Source of the DNA: Bryobacterales bacterium
GTDB taxonomy: Bacteria > Acidobacteriota > Terriglobia > Bryobacterales > Bryobacteraceae
Direction: 5' to 3'
Assembly (NCBI GenBank): GCA_963814795.1
Contig: CAWFEK010000013.1
Coordinates: 4,094 to 68,093, forward strand
DNA: 64,000 bases
Both the position numbers and the translations under genes were made by a program. The notes under the pieces are model-generated. The model had not been told where the DNA came from and ran no database searches. It saw only the letters and a list, made by a program, of their open reading frames with translations. Below, one piece after another: positions 44,477-53,569 of this stretch (its first letter is position 1; each line of letters begins with the position of its first letter).

Positions 44477-45702
44477 TGCCGGATGCGGAAATAATCGCGA
44501 TTGGCTCCGAGCTGCTCACGCCTCAAAAGGTCGACACCAATTCTCTTTACCTCACCGATCAACTGAACGCGCTGGGCGTTGAAGTGGTTCGCAAAACCGT
44601 GGTGGGCGACGAACGCGAGCGGCTGATGGATACCATTCTGGGCGCCGTGGCCCGCTCCCAGATCATCGTACTGACCGGAGGTTTGGGGCCGACGGAAGAT
44701 GACCTTACGCGCGATGCCGTGGCCAGCGCATTGGGCCGGGCGATGATTTTCCGCCAGGACATCTGCGACCAGATTGAAGAGCGCTTCCGCCGGTTCGGAC
44801 GAAAAATGGTGGAGATCAACCGGCGCCAGGCATACATTGTGGAAGGCGCGGAGGTGCTGCCCAACGATCGCGGCACCGCGCCGGGGCAATGGATCGAACA
44901 GAACAGCACGAAGTTGATGCTGCTGCCCGGTCCGCCCAATGAGCTGAAAGCGATGTTCGAAAAGCAATGCCTGCCGCGCCTCCAGAAAGTTCTGCCGCCG
45001 CAGGTAATTTCGACGTTGATGCTGCGCGTGGTGGGCATGCCCGAATCCGATCTGGATCAGTTGATCTCGCCGATTTACCTGCGCTATCCGAACCTGGCCA
45101 CCACCATTCTGGCGGTGTCGGGTGAAATCCACATTCACTTGCGAGCGCGGTCCGCCGATGCGGGCGCGGCTGAGGCGCTGATTGCCGAAGTTGCCGCGCA
45201 GATTGAGCCGCTCATCGGCGATCGAATTTATTCCCGCAATGGCGACTCGCTTGAAAAGGTGGTTGGCGATCTGCTTCGCGCCCGGCGCGCGCATCTGAGC
45301 GTGGCCGAAAGCGCTACAGCCGGTTTGTTGGGCGGACGCATAACATCGGTGCCCAACAGCTCCGACTATTTTCTGGGCGGATTCCTGGCCTATTCCGACC
45401 GGATGAAGAGCACGCTGCTGGGCGTCCCGGCCGAGATGCTATCCGCGCACGCCGCCGTGAGCGAGCCGGTGGCGAAAGCCATGGCCGAGGGCGCGCGGGA
45501 ACGAACGGGCTCCGATTACGCTTTATCGATCACCGGCTACGCGGGGCCGGACGGTGATAAGGTGGGCCTGGTGTTCATCGGACTGGCGACGCCCAATGGC
45601 AGCGAAGTCCGCCGCGTGCAACTGCCTGGCGATCGCGAACGCGTGCGGGCGTTTTCCACCAACACTGCTCTCGATCTGTTGCGGCGAAATCTTTTGGCAT
45701 GA
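44476..45702 (+). CDS. cinA: CinA-family protein (competence/damage-inducible; NMN amidohydrolase domain)
   Basis: AEIIAIGSELLTPQKVDTNSLYLT...VLTGGLGPTEDDLT and C-terminal SVAESATAGLLG...ITGYAGP. Confidence 0.9.
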   Translation: MPDAEIIAIGSELLTPQKVDTNSLYLTDQLNALGVEVVRKTVVGDERERLMDTILGAVARSQIIVLTGGLGPTEDDLTRDAVASALGRAMIFRQDICDQIEERFRRFGRKMVEINRRQAYIVEGAEVLPNDRGTAPGQWIEQNSTKLMLLPGPPNELKAMFEKQCLPRLQKVLPPQVISTLMLRVVGMPESDLDQLISPIYLRYPNLATTILAVSGEIHIHLRARSADAGAAEALIAEVAAQIEPLIGDRIYSRNGDSLEKVVGDLLRARRAHLSVAESATAGLLGGRITSVPNSSDYFLGGFLAYSDRMKSTLLGVPAEMLSAHAAVSEPVAKAMAEGARERTGSDYALSITGYAGPDGDKVGLVFIGLATPNGSEVRRVQLPGDRERVRAFSTNTALDLLRRNLLA

Positions 45703-46880
45703 AGTGGGCTGTTCAAGCCTGCTTGCTTATTTGCGTTCATTCGCGTTCATTCGCGGCCAATCCTGATCTGCTGATCCGCAATGCCGCCATAATCGATGTC
45801 GCCGCCGGCATTGCGATGCCCGAGCGTTCCATTCTGATTCACGACGGGAAGATCGCCGCTGTCGGTACGGGCCTTCCTGCGCCGCCGGGGGCGCGAATCG
45901 TTGACGCTCGCGGGAAATATGTGATCCCCGGGTTGTGGGACATGCATGTGCATCTCACTGAGCGCGATCAGCTGCCGGCTTACCCGCTCTACGGCGTTAC
46001 CGGCGTGCGCGATATGGGCAGCGATTACGATCGCGTCAATATCTGGCGCGGCGAAATACAGAAGGGCAAGCTTATTGGACCGCACATAGAAACTTGCGGT
46101 CCGGCGCTCAATGGCATTCCTTCCCCCGGCGCCAGGCTAGCGGTGCGCGTGGTGCGCACTCCGGACGAAGCGCGAACCGTTTTCAACCAACTGGACGACG
46201 AAAGCGTGGATTTCATCGGCATACTTCCCGAACTTCCGCGCGACGCCTATTTCGCGCTGATTGAACGCGCCCGAAAATATTATTCCGCGGTGGGGGGCGA
46301 TGTTCCCTGGGGAGTGGGCGCGCTGGAGGCAGTGGAAGCACGCCAGCGGAGCATCGATCACATGACGGGAATCCTGCTGGCTTGTTCCAGTGAGGAGAAA
46401 CGGCTGCGGAGGGCTTACGCCGAAGCGCCGGACGACGTGGAGACGGCCGCGCTTGAAACTTACGATCCACAAAAGGCGGAAACGTTGTTCCACCGCATGG
46501 CGCTTTTCGAAACGCGCTCCGTTCCGACGCTTCGAGTGTTTCACAAGAAGCTGGCCGCGGTGCTACTGGACATGCAACGCGCGGGGGTTATTATCCTGGC
46601 TGGAAGCGATGGCGGGAAGCCCGGAGAATCCTTACACCAGGAATTGGAGCTGCTGGTGGCATCCGGATTGACGCCCGCGCAAGCGCTGCGAAGCGCTACC
46701 ATCGAGCCGGCCAGGTATCTGGGCGCCGCTTCGCTGGGCGCCGTGGAGCAAGGAAAAACGGCGGACCTGGTGATATTGGATGGGGATCCGTTGGCGGATA
46801 TCCGCAATACACGTAAGATCGCTGCCGTGGTGCTGGGCGGGAAATATCTTGCTTCGTCCAAGCGCGATAACGGCCGATAA
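45699..46880 (+). CDS. Secreted amidohydrolase family protein
   Basis: VIPGLWDMHVHL, AGSDGG and ADLVILDGDPLADI motifs, plus a signal-like N-terminus. Confidence 0.8.
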   Translation: MKWAVQACLLICVHSRSFAANPDLLIRNAAIIDVAAGIAMPERSILIHDGKIAAVGTGLPAPPGARIVDARGKYVIPGLWDMHVHLTERDQLPAYPLYGVTGVRDMGSDYDRVNIWRGEIQKGKLIGPHIETCGPALNGIPSPGARLAVRVVRTPDEARTVFNQLDDESVDFIGILPELPRDAYFALIERARKYYSAVGGDVPWGVGALEAVEARQRSIDHMTGILLACSSEEKRLRRAYAEAPDDVETAALETYDPQKAETLFHRMALFETRSVPTLRVFHKKLAAVLLDMQRAGVIILAGSDGGKPGESLHQELELLVASGLTPAQALRSATIEPARYLGAASLGAVEQGKTADLVILDGDPLADIRNTRKIAAVVLGGKYLASSKRDNGR

Positions 46881-46938
46881 CAAACGGTTTTGACAGAGCT
46901 GCGACCGCAAGGGAGTGTTGCGAGACGCGAGACCGATC

Positions 46939-47005
46939 GGTTGGCAGACGAAAGCGCCTGCCCCACTGCGAGCTGACGTGGGGCAGGCGCTTTCGCCTGC
47001 CAACC
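46939..47005. repeat. Inverted pair of REP1 hairpins
   Basis: GGTTGGCAGACGAAAGCGCCTGCCCCAC (46939-46966), an 11-nt spacer, then GTGGGGCAGGCGCTTTCGCCTGCCAACC (46978-47005). Confidence 0.85.
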
Positions 47006-47128
47006 CAACTTTTCACACTGCGTCTTCATGACTTTTGGTGGGCCGGCCGGCCCATGGTCACATCGCGGCTCGGTCAGGCGTCTGTTTACATTCAGGGGCT
47101 AACGTTTTATACTTGCCATAGTCTAACT

Positions 47129-47470
47129 ATGTCAGAGAATAAAATGCGCGATGAAATTCCTCCCGGCACGCTTTACATGCTGATCCTGAAAACCCTGCTG
47201 CGGGGCGGGGAAATGCATGGCTACGAGATTGCGAACTCCATCCAGCAGGTTTCCGATGACATTTTGCAGGTGGAAGAAGGCTCGCTTTATCCGGCGCTGC
47301 AGCGGATGCTTTTGAAGGGCTGGGTTACGGCCGAATGGGGAGTGACGGCCGGGAACCGGCGCGCCCGCTATTACCGCCTGACGGCGCTAGGGCGCAAGCA
47401 GCTGCAGGCGGAACTGGCGCAATTCCAGAGAGTGAATGGGGCGATCCAAAGAGTCTTGCAGACAGTATGA
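47129..47470 (+). CDS. PadR-family transcriptional regulator
   Basis: LYMLILKTLLRGGEMHGYEIANSIQ...EEGSLYPALQRMLLKGWV...RRARYYRLTALGRKQL. It lies immediately upstream of an ADOP permease. Confidence 0.9.
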   Translation: MSENKMRDEIPPGTLYMLILKTLLRGGEMHGYEIANSIQQVSDDILQVEEGSLYPALQRMLLKGWVTAEWGVTAGNRRARYYRLTALGRKQLQAELAQFQRVNGAIQRVLQTV

Positions 47471-47482
47471 CGAGGTAATCAG

Positions 47483-50179
47483 ATGGAATGGCTTAGTGAA
47501 TTCGGACGGCGGATGCGGCAGCTTTTTCGGCGCAAGCAGTGGGAGGACGATCTGGCGGAGGAGATGCGGCTGCATTTGGATCTGCGCGCGGCGGAGAAAG
47601 GGTCGGAGGCTCTGGCCAAGCGCAAGTTCGGCAACGCTGCGCTGATCAGCGAGGAAAGCCGCGGCGTTTGGGGGTGGGCTTTTTGGGATTCGCTGGCGCA
47701 GGACCTGCGTTATGCGCTGCGCGCTCTGGCCGCCAACAAAGGGTTCACCGCGGCGGCAATTCTTTCGCTCACTCTCGGGATCGGAGCGAATACGGCAATT
47801 TTCAGCATCGTGGATGCGGTTATGCTGCGGTCTCTGCCGGTGGAGGATCCGCATCGTCTGGCAAAGATCCACGTGGGAATTGCCAATGAGGATCGGCGAC
47901 GCGGGGCTGTGGTTACGAATCCAATTTGGGAAGCGGTGCGGAACTCCGAGCAGGCTTTCTCCGGCGTGCTGGCTTACTCGCCAAACCGCTTTGATCTGGC
48001 CGACGGAGGCGAGAGCCATTTCTCCAATGGTCTGTGGGTGAGCGGCGATTTCTTCCGGGTTCTTGGTGTTCGGGCCTGGCGCGGGCGCGTGATCGGCACT
48101 GATGACGACCGGCATGGTGGAGGCAGCGCCGGTCCCGTGGCGGTGATCAGCTATGGCTTTTGGCAAGCGAATTTCGCCGGCGATCCGAACGTGCTGGGCC
48201 GAACCATCAGTCTGGACAGACACAAATTTGAGATTGTCGGAGTGACACCTCCGTGGTTTCGCGGATTGATCGCGGACCAACCTTTTGACGTGGCCATTCC
48301 GATCGGATGCGAACCGCTGCTGCATACCGATATGAGCGCGCTGGACCACCGGAGTTGGTGGTGGCTGCGAATGATGGGGCGCCTTAAGCCAGGAGAAACG
48401 CCGGAACAGGCCCAAGCGCAGATGAATTCGCTCGCGCCGGAGATCAATCGCGCGACCGTGCCCACGGGTTGGGCGGCACCGGATCGCCAGCGGTATCTCA
48501 AGCGCAGCTTCTGGCTGGAATCCGGCGCCACCGGCATCTCCATCACGGGGACGACGTACAAGACGGCGCTGTTCACGCTGATGACAGTGGTGGGCCTGGT
48601 GCTTCTGATCGCGTGCGTCAATATCGCGAACCTGCTGCTGGCCCGCGCCACTTCACGCGAGCGCGAGATTTCCATTCGTCTGGCGATTGGCGCCTCGCGT
48701 TCCCGCGTAATCCGGCAAATGCTGACAGAGAGCCTGGTGCTGGCTTTGGCCGGCGGGGCCTGCGGCCTGCTGTTTTCCGTTTGGGGCGCGCGGCTGCTGG
48801 TGCGCTTGCTCTCTACCAAGACCAACCAGGTTGATATGAACTTATCGCCGGATCTGCATGTGCTGGGTTTCACGCTGGCCGTCGCGGTGCTCACTGGTGT
48901 GCTCTTCGGGCTGGCGCCCGCCCTTCGCGCCACGGGTGTTGGTCCGAGCCAGGCGTTGAAGGAAAACGCGCGCGGATCGGTTCATGGCGAAACGCGTTTC
49001 ACGCTCGGCAAAATGCTGGTGACCGGGCAAGTGGCGTTATCGCTGATGCTGCTGACCGCGGCGGGGCTCTTTCTCGGAACGATGCGCAATTTCCTGAAAG
49101 TGGACGCGGGATTCAACCCTCATCATGTTCTGCTGGTGGAAGCGGCAGTGCCGCCGGACCGTATTCCACAACAACTTCGCGCTCCGCTGTTTCGCAAGAT
49201 CCTTGCGGATTTACGCGCTCTTCCTAACGTTCGTTCGGCGGCGAGCTCCAACATGGCTCCCGTCGGTCACGATTTTTGGAACCAGGACGCGCATCCGGAG
49301 GGATACCAGCCGAAACCGGTGGAAGACGATGTTCTGGTAAATCTCAACCGCGTCTCGCCCGGCTATTTTCGGACCATGGAGACGCCTCTCGCGATGGGCC
49401 GCGATTTTTCGGATCGAGATACGCTTGGCTCGCCTAAAGCGATGATCGTGAGCGCGTCAACAGCGCGCCACTTTTGGGCCGGCCAGAATCCGATCGGCAA
49501 GACCATCGGGCTGGACGGACCGGGCGGCAAGATGGATAACTATCAGGTGATCGGTGTAGTCAAGGATGCGAAGTACGCGGAATTGGATGAGCCGCTCATC
49601 TGGACGGGCTTCGTCGCCTCTACGCAGGAAGCCGAGTCGGGGCCGCAGTTGCGGTTCGAGATCCGCTATGACGGCCCAGCGGAAGCGGTGGTGGCGGCAA
49701 TTCGCCCGGCAATCGCTGCCATGAACAAGGACGCTGCGCTCGAAATCCGGACGCTGGATGAGCGGATCAGCGACTCGCTGGTGCAACCGCGTTTGGTTGC
49801 TCTGCTTTCGTCCTTCTTCGGACTGCTGGCGCTTTTGCTGGCTTCTATCGGACTCTACGGCGTGATCTCCTACGCCGCCGCGCGCCGGCGTGGAGAGATT
49901 GGTATTCGCATGGCGCTGGGCGCGGCCCAGGGCGCGGTGATGTGGCTGGTGCTGCGCGACGTTGCGTTCATACTGGCGGTCGGAACGGCGTTAGGAGTGG
50001 CATCCTCGCTGGTCGCCGGGCGCTTTATAAAGAGCTTGCTCTTTGGTTTGGAGGCAACCAATCCGGCAACTCTGGCGACGGCTGCCGCGGTTTTGTGCGT
50101 GTCCGCTATTTTCGCGGCGTATGTTCCCGCGCGGCGTGCCGCGAAAATGGATCCGATGACGGCGTTGCGCGAAGAATAG
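47483..50179 (+). CDS. ADOP-type duplicated FtsX/MacB-like permease (copy 3, with N-terminal extension)
   Basis: LRYALRALAANKGFTAAAILSLTLGIGANTAIF, two FtsX halves and C-terminal RAAKMDPMTALREE. Confidence 0.9.
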   Translation: MEWLSEFGRRMRQLFRRKQWEDDLAEEMRLHLDLRAAEKGSEALAKRKFGNAALISEESRGVWGWAFWDSLAQDLRYALRALAANKGFTAAAILSLTLGIGANTAIFSIVDAVMLRSLPVEDPHRLAKIHVGIANEDRRRGAVVTNPIWEAVRNSEQAFSGVLAYSPNRFDLADGGESHFSNGLWVSGDFFRVLGVRAWRGRVIGTDDDRHGGGSAGPVAVISYGFWQANFAGDPNVLGRTISLDRHKFEIVGVTPPWFRGLIADQPFDVAIPIGCEPLLHTDMSALDHRSWWWLRMMGRLKPGETPEQAQAQMNSLAPEINRATVPTGWAAPDRQRYLKRSFWLESGATGISITGTTYKTALFTLMTVVGLVLLIACVNIANLLLARATSREREISIRLAIGASRSRVIRQMLTESLVLALAGGACGLLFSVWGARLLVRLLSTKTNQVDMNLSPDLHVLGFTLAVAVLTGVLFGLAPALRATGVGPSQALKENARGSVHGETRFTLGKMLVTGQVALSLMLLTAAGLFLGTMRNFLKVDAGFNPHHVLLVEAAVPPDRIPQQLRAPLFRKILADLRALPNVRSAASSNMAPVGHDFWNQDAHPEGYQPKPVEDDVLVNLNRVSPGYFRTMETPLAMGRDFSDRDTLGSPKAMIVSASTARHFWAGQNPIGKTIGLDGPGGKMDNYQVIGVVKDAKYAELDEPLIWTGFVASTQEAESGPQLRFEIRYDGPAEAVVAAIRPAIAAMNKDAALEIRTLDERISDSLVQPRLVALLSSFFGLLALLLASIGLYGVISYAAARRRGEIGIRMALGAAQGAVMWLVLRDVAFILAVGTALGVASSLVAGRFIKSLLFGLEATNPATLATAAAVLCVSAIFAAYVPARRAAKMDPMTALREE

Positions 50180-50261
50180 GGATTCTTCTGGTTTCTGGCG
50201 AGATATTTTGGGGTGGCTCGGAAAGACTGTGTTCCCGGCCGCACAGGCCTGCACCAAAGGT

Positions 50262-50382
50262 CAGGAAGACGCTTTGTGGCAAATTCGGTTTGGCAGGCGG
50301 AAGCGCCTGCCCCACGTTGGCCCCAGTGGGGCAGGCGCTTCGCTTCCGCCTGCCAACCGGCGTCTTCAACGGAGTTGGTGCC
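50262..50382. repeat. Composite REP1 element (inverted REP1 pair flanked by GAAGACGC/GCGTCTTC)
   Basis: CAGGAAGACGCTTTGTGGCAAATTCGGTTTGGCAGGCGGAAGCGCCTGCCCCAC ... GTGGGGCAGGCGCTTCGCTTCCGCCTGCCAACCGGCGTCTTCAACGGAGTTGGTGCC. Confidence 0.85.
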
Positions 50383-50448
50383 TTGTTAGAGAAGATCTGC
50401 GCCGCTGAGCAACTTGGCTGGCGGCGCAGATTGTGCGTGCGGGGAAAA

Positions 50449-50931
50449 TCAATGCCCGGGGCCGCCGGGACCGCCCGGTCCACCGCCGGGACCACCGGGA
50501 CCGGCCAGGTAAACGTGCGTGACGCCGCTGTCGGTGTCGAATGTTTCTAGCGAGGTCCGCAGCGCACAAGGCGTTCCGGACGCGGTGGTGAGTGAGACGA
50601 CGCCGACAATCTCAACGCGTGTGCCGGTGGCCGAGGTTTTCGTGAAGGGCAGCGTGGCGGAAGAAATCTCGCCGCTGGTGACGGTGAAACTTGCCGCTGT
50701 TCCCAAGGCTGTGCCTCCGGATGTCATAAATGAGATAGTTCCGGTGCAGGAAGCGGCTGTCGCGCTATTGGCGACGTTGATCTGCATGGTTTCGCTGGAG
50801 GCCAGGCCTACCGGGGGAAAATTGAAACTTCGCGTCGCCGAAGCAGAAGTAGTGGTGGTCTGTGCGGACGCTGAAAAGGCAATCAAGATCGTGATTGCCA
50901 TCATTGGAACGATGCTTTTTCGTAAGAACAT
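50449..50931 (-). CDS. Small secreted Thr/Ser/Ala-rich protein with a GPGG-repeat tail
   Basis: Signal peptide MFLRKSIVPMMAITILIAFSASAQ and C-terminus AGPGGPGGGPGGPGGPGH. No family was recognised. Confidence 0.5.
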   Translation of the reverse strand: MFLRKSIVPMMAITILIAFSASAQTTTTSASATRSFNFPPVGLASSETMQINVANSATAASCTGTISFMTSGGTALGTAASFTVTSGEISSATLPFTKTSATGTRVEIVGVVSLTTASGTPCALRTSLETFDTDSGVTHVYLAGPGGPGGGPGGPGGPGH

Positions 50932-51104
50932 TGTGTTCGTCTCCTGACCTGTCTCGACGCCTGATGCTGGATGGCAGTTTCAGCGCGCCCCGGGAGTTTA
51001 CAACTCTTAACGCTTTACAAAACTTAACCGACGGCCGCTGGCGCGGGTCCGTCAGAAGTTATTAGAGCGGCTAAGTCGTATTCTGAAATGAGACGCCGGT
51101 GTCA

Positions 51105-52847
51105 ATGGAGAAGAACAAAAAGCAATCGATTCTTTCCTGGTCGCTCATGCTGGCGCTGGTGGGTTTTTGCGCGCTGCTGGGTGTTCTGCAATACCGCTGG
51201 ATCGCGGAGGTGAGCGTGGCCGCGCGGGAACGGCTGCGAACGGATCTGGACAACAATCTGCGGCGGCTGAGCCGCGATTTCAGCTCTCAAATCGCCAGCG
51301 CGTGCCGCCAGCTCACGCCCGCAGGCACGATACAAAACATGGAAGCGGCGGAGGCCGATGTTACGGACCGGTATCTGGCGTGGAAGCCGGAGGGCCAGCC
51401 ACGCATGTTCCGCGCGATCGCGGTGGCCGCCAAGGCAGACGGGCGGCTTAAGCTTCGACGGTTGGACTTCGCGAACGGAACTTTTCGAGCGGCCGATTGG
51501 CCGGTGGAATGGTCCGGCCTGCGCGAGCGGCTGGAGTTTCGTTTGGCGCCCCATTCCGCGCCGGCGTTCGGGGCGGCCGTGGGTTCATCGGCTTTGCTTG
51601 AGTCGCCGCTGTGGGGGCCTGAAGGTCCATTCGGAAGACGCGAAAGTGGATGGATCGTCTTTGAGCTGGATACTTCGTATTTAGGGAAGGTCCTTCTTCC
51701 GGAAATGATTCAGCGGCATCTCGGTTCGCGCGACGGGTCAGAGTACGAAGTAGAAGTTGTGGACGCGCGGAGCCCGGCCACGGTGATTTACCCCGCGCGC
51801 GAGGATTTGGTCAGCATCCACGACGCGAGTGTCGGGCTGCTGGATATTTCCTCGATGGCCGGCGCGCGAAATCATGAACCGCGGCCCATTACGGAATTCG
51901 GTCCGCCGGAGCGTGGGCCTGGTGTCCCTCCGCCCGGTGGACCGCCGCCTGATTCGGGGCGCTGGCGGATGTACGTGCGCAGCCGGGCGGGATCGCTTGA
52001 GGCGCTGGTGGCGCGGGCGCGATGGCTGAACATTCTGGTGACCACGGGAATATTGTTGTTGATTGTCTCCAGCATGGGCGCGCTGATTCTATATACACGC
52101 CGCGCGCGCCGGCTGGCGGAGCTGCAATTGGAATTCGTGGCGGGCGTTTCGCATGAGCTGCGAACGCCGCTGACGGTGATCCACACGGCCGCGTACAACC
52201 TGCGCGGCGCCGTGGCCAGCCAGCCGAAGCAGGTGGAGCGCTACGGGGAATTGATCCAGCGTGAAAGCGCCAGGCTGAGGGAGCTGGTGGAACAGATTTT
52301 GCAATTCGCCAGCGCGCGCGCCGGCATGGTGATTCGCGAGCGCGCGGCAGTGGACGTTCCGGAAATGATCAAGGCGGCCAGCCAGGAGGTCCACAGCATG
52401 ATGGAACAGCGGGGCTGTGTGTTGGAGCAAAACGTGGATCCGTCGCTCCCGGCCATTTTGGGCGATTCCACGGCGCTAAAACAAGCCATCGCGAATTTGT
52501 TGAGCAACGCGGCGAAATATGGGGGCGGCGAGAACCACTGGGTGGGCCTGTTCGCATCGAAATCGCGCGAGAATGGCCGCGACGTGGTGGAGATCCGAGT
52601 GCTGGATCGCGGACCGGGAATTCCGGACGACGAGCAGGGCCGTATTTTTGAGCCGTTTTTCCGGGGCCGCATGGCCATCCGCGATCAAGTGCATGGTACG
52701 GGGCTGGGCCTGAATCTGGTGAAGCAGGTGGTGGAAGCGCATCATGGAAGTGTGCGGGTGAACAGCCACGTTTTTGAGGGCGCCGAATTTATTATTCGAT
52801 TGCCGGCCGTGTTCGATGAGGAGCCACATGCGAATTCTCTTGGTTGA
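51105..52847 (+). CDS. Sensor histidine kinase
   Basis: TM segment, large periplasmic-like region, second TM, HisKA box FVAGVSHELRTPLTVI and HATPase GTGLGLNLVKQVVEAHHGSV. Confidence 0.9.
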   Translation: MEKNKKQSILSWSLMLALVGFCALLGVLQYRWIAEVSVAARERLRTDLDNNLRRLSRDFSSQIASACRQLTPAGTIQNMEAAEADVTDRYLAWKPEGQPRMFRAIAVAAKADGRLKLRRLDFANGTFRAADWPVEWSGLRERLEFRLAPHSAPAFGAAVGSSALLESPLWGPEGPFGRRESGWIVFELDTSYLGKVLLPEMIQRHLGSRDGSEYEVEVVDARSPATVIYPAREDLVSIHDASVGLLDISSMAGARNHEPRPITEFGPPERGPGVPPPGGPPPDSGRWRMYVRSRAGSLEALVARARWLNILVTTGILLLIVSSMGALILYTRRARRLAELQLEFVAGVSHELRTPLTVIHTAAYNLRGAVASQPKQVERYGELIQRESARLRELVEQILQFASARAGMVIRERAAVDVPEMIKAASQEVHSMMEQRGCVLEQNVDPSLPAILGDSTALKQAIANLLSNAAKYGGGENHWVGLFASKSRENGRDVVEIRVLDRGPGIPDDEQGRIFEPFFRGRMAIRDQVHGTGLGLNLVKQVVEAHHGSVRVNSHVFEGAEFIIRLPAVFDEEPHANSLG

Positions 52848-53508
52848 AGACGAGCCTGGATTGGTGCTGACTCTGTCGGACTTGTTGGCGGGCGCGGGCT
52901 ATATCGTCGAGACCGCGATGGATGGTATCTCAGCGCTCGAAAAGGCTTCCAAACAGCAATTCGACTTGTTCATTCTCGACGTTATGCTTCCCGGTAAGGA
53001 TGGATTCCGGGTGTGCCAGGAGCTGCATGAGCGAGGCACCGAGGGCGCTGTTCTTATGTTGACCGCGCGGACGCAACTGGCGGATCGCGTTGCGGGATTG
53101 AAGGGCGGCGCGGACGACTATATGGTGAAGCCATTTGAGCCACCCGAACTTCTGGCCAGGATCGAGGCGCTGATGCGGCGCGTGAACAAGCAACGACAGG
53201 TGAGCGTGTCACGCTTCCATTTCGGTGACGTCGAAGTGGATTTTGAAAAGGCGGACGTGAAGAAGCAAGGCAAGCCGATTCTGCTGGCGGGCAAGGAGCT
53301 GGATCTTTTGCGCTACCTGGTGAACCATCGCGGGATGGTGGTGCCGCGAAACGATTTGCTGGAGGAAGTGTGGCAATACCAACCCGGAGTTTCGTCCCGC
53401 ACCATTGACGTGCATGTGGCTTGGCTGCGGCAGAAGCTGGAAGATCGCCCGCAGCGGCCGCGTCATATCCACACCATTCGCGGCGTGGGTTATCGCTTCT
53501 CGCCGTAG
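52828..53508 (+). CDS. OmpR-family response regulator
   Basis: MRILLVEDEPGL...DLFILDVMLPGKDG...GADDYMVKPF and winged-helix tail IHTIRGVGYRF. It overlaps the kinase gene by 20 nt. Confidence 0.9.
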   Translation: MRILLVEDEPGLVLTLSDLLAGAGYIVETAMDGISALEKASKQQFDLFILDVMLPGKDGFRVCQELHERGTEGAVLMLTARTQLADRVAGLKGGADDYMVKPFEPPELLARIEALMRRVNKQRQVSVSRFHFGDVEVDFEKADVKKQGKPILLAGKELDLLRYLVNHRGMVVPRNDLLEEVWQYQPGVSSRTIDVHVAWLRQKLEDRPQRPRHIHTIRGVGYRFSP

Positions 53509-53511
53509 TTG

Positions 53512-53560
53512 TGCGCGTTCACAGGAGTGTGAACGCGGCACGCACGAGTGCGTGCGCTAC
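53512..53560 (-). repeat. REP2 double-hairpin element (reverse orientation)
   Basis: GCGTTCACAGGAGTGTGAACGC followed by GGCACGCACGAGTGCGTGCGC. Confidence 0.8.
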
Positions 53561-53569
53561 GTCGAACCC

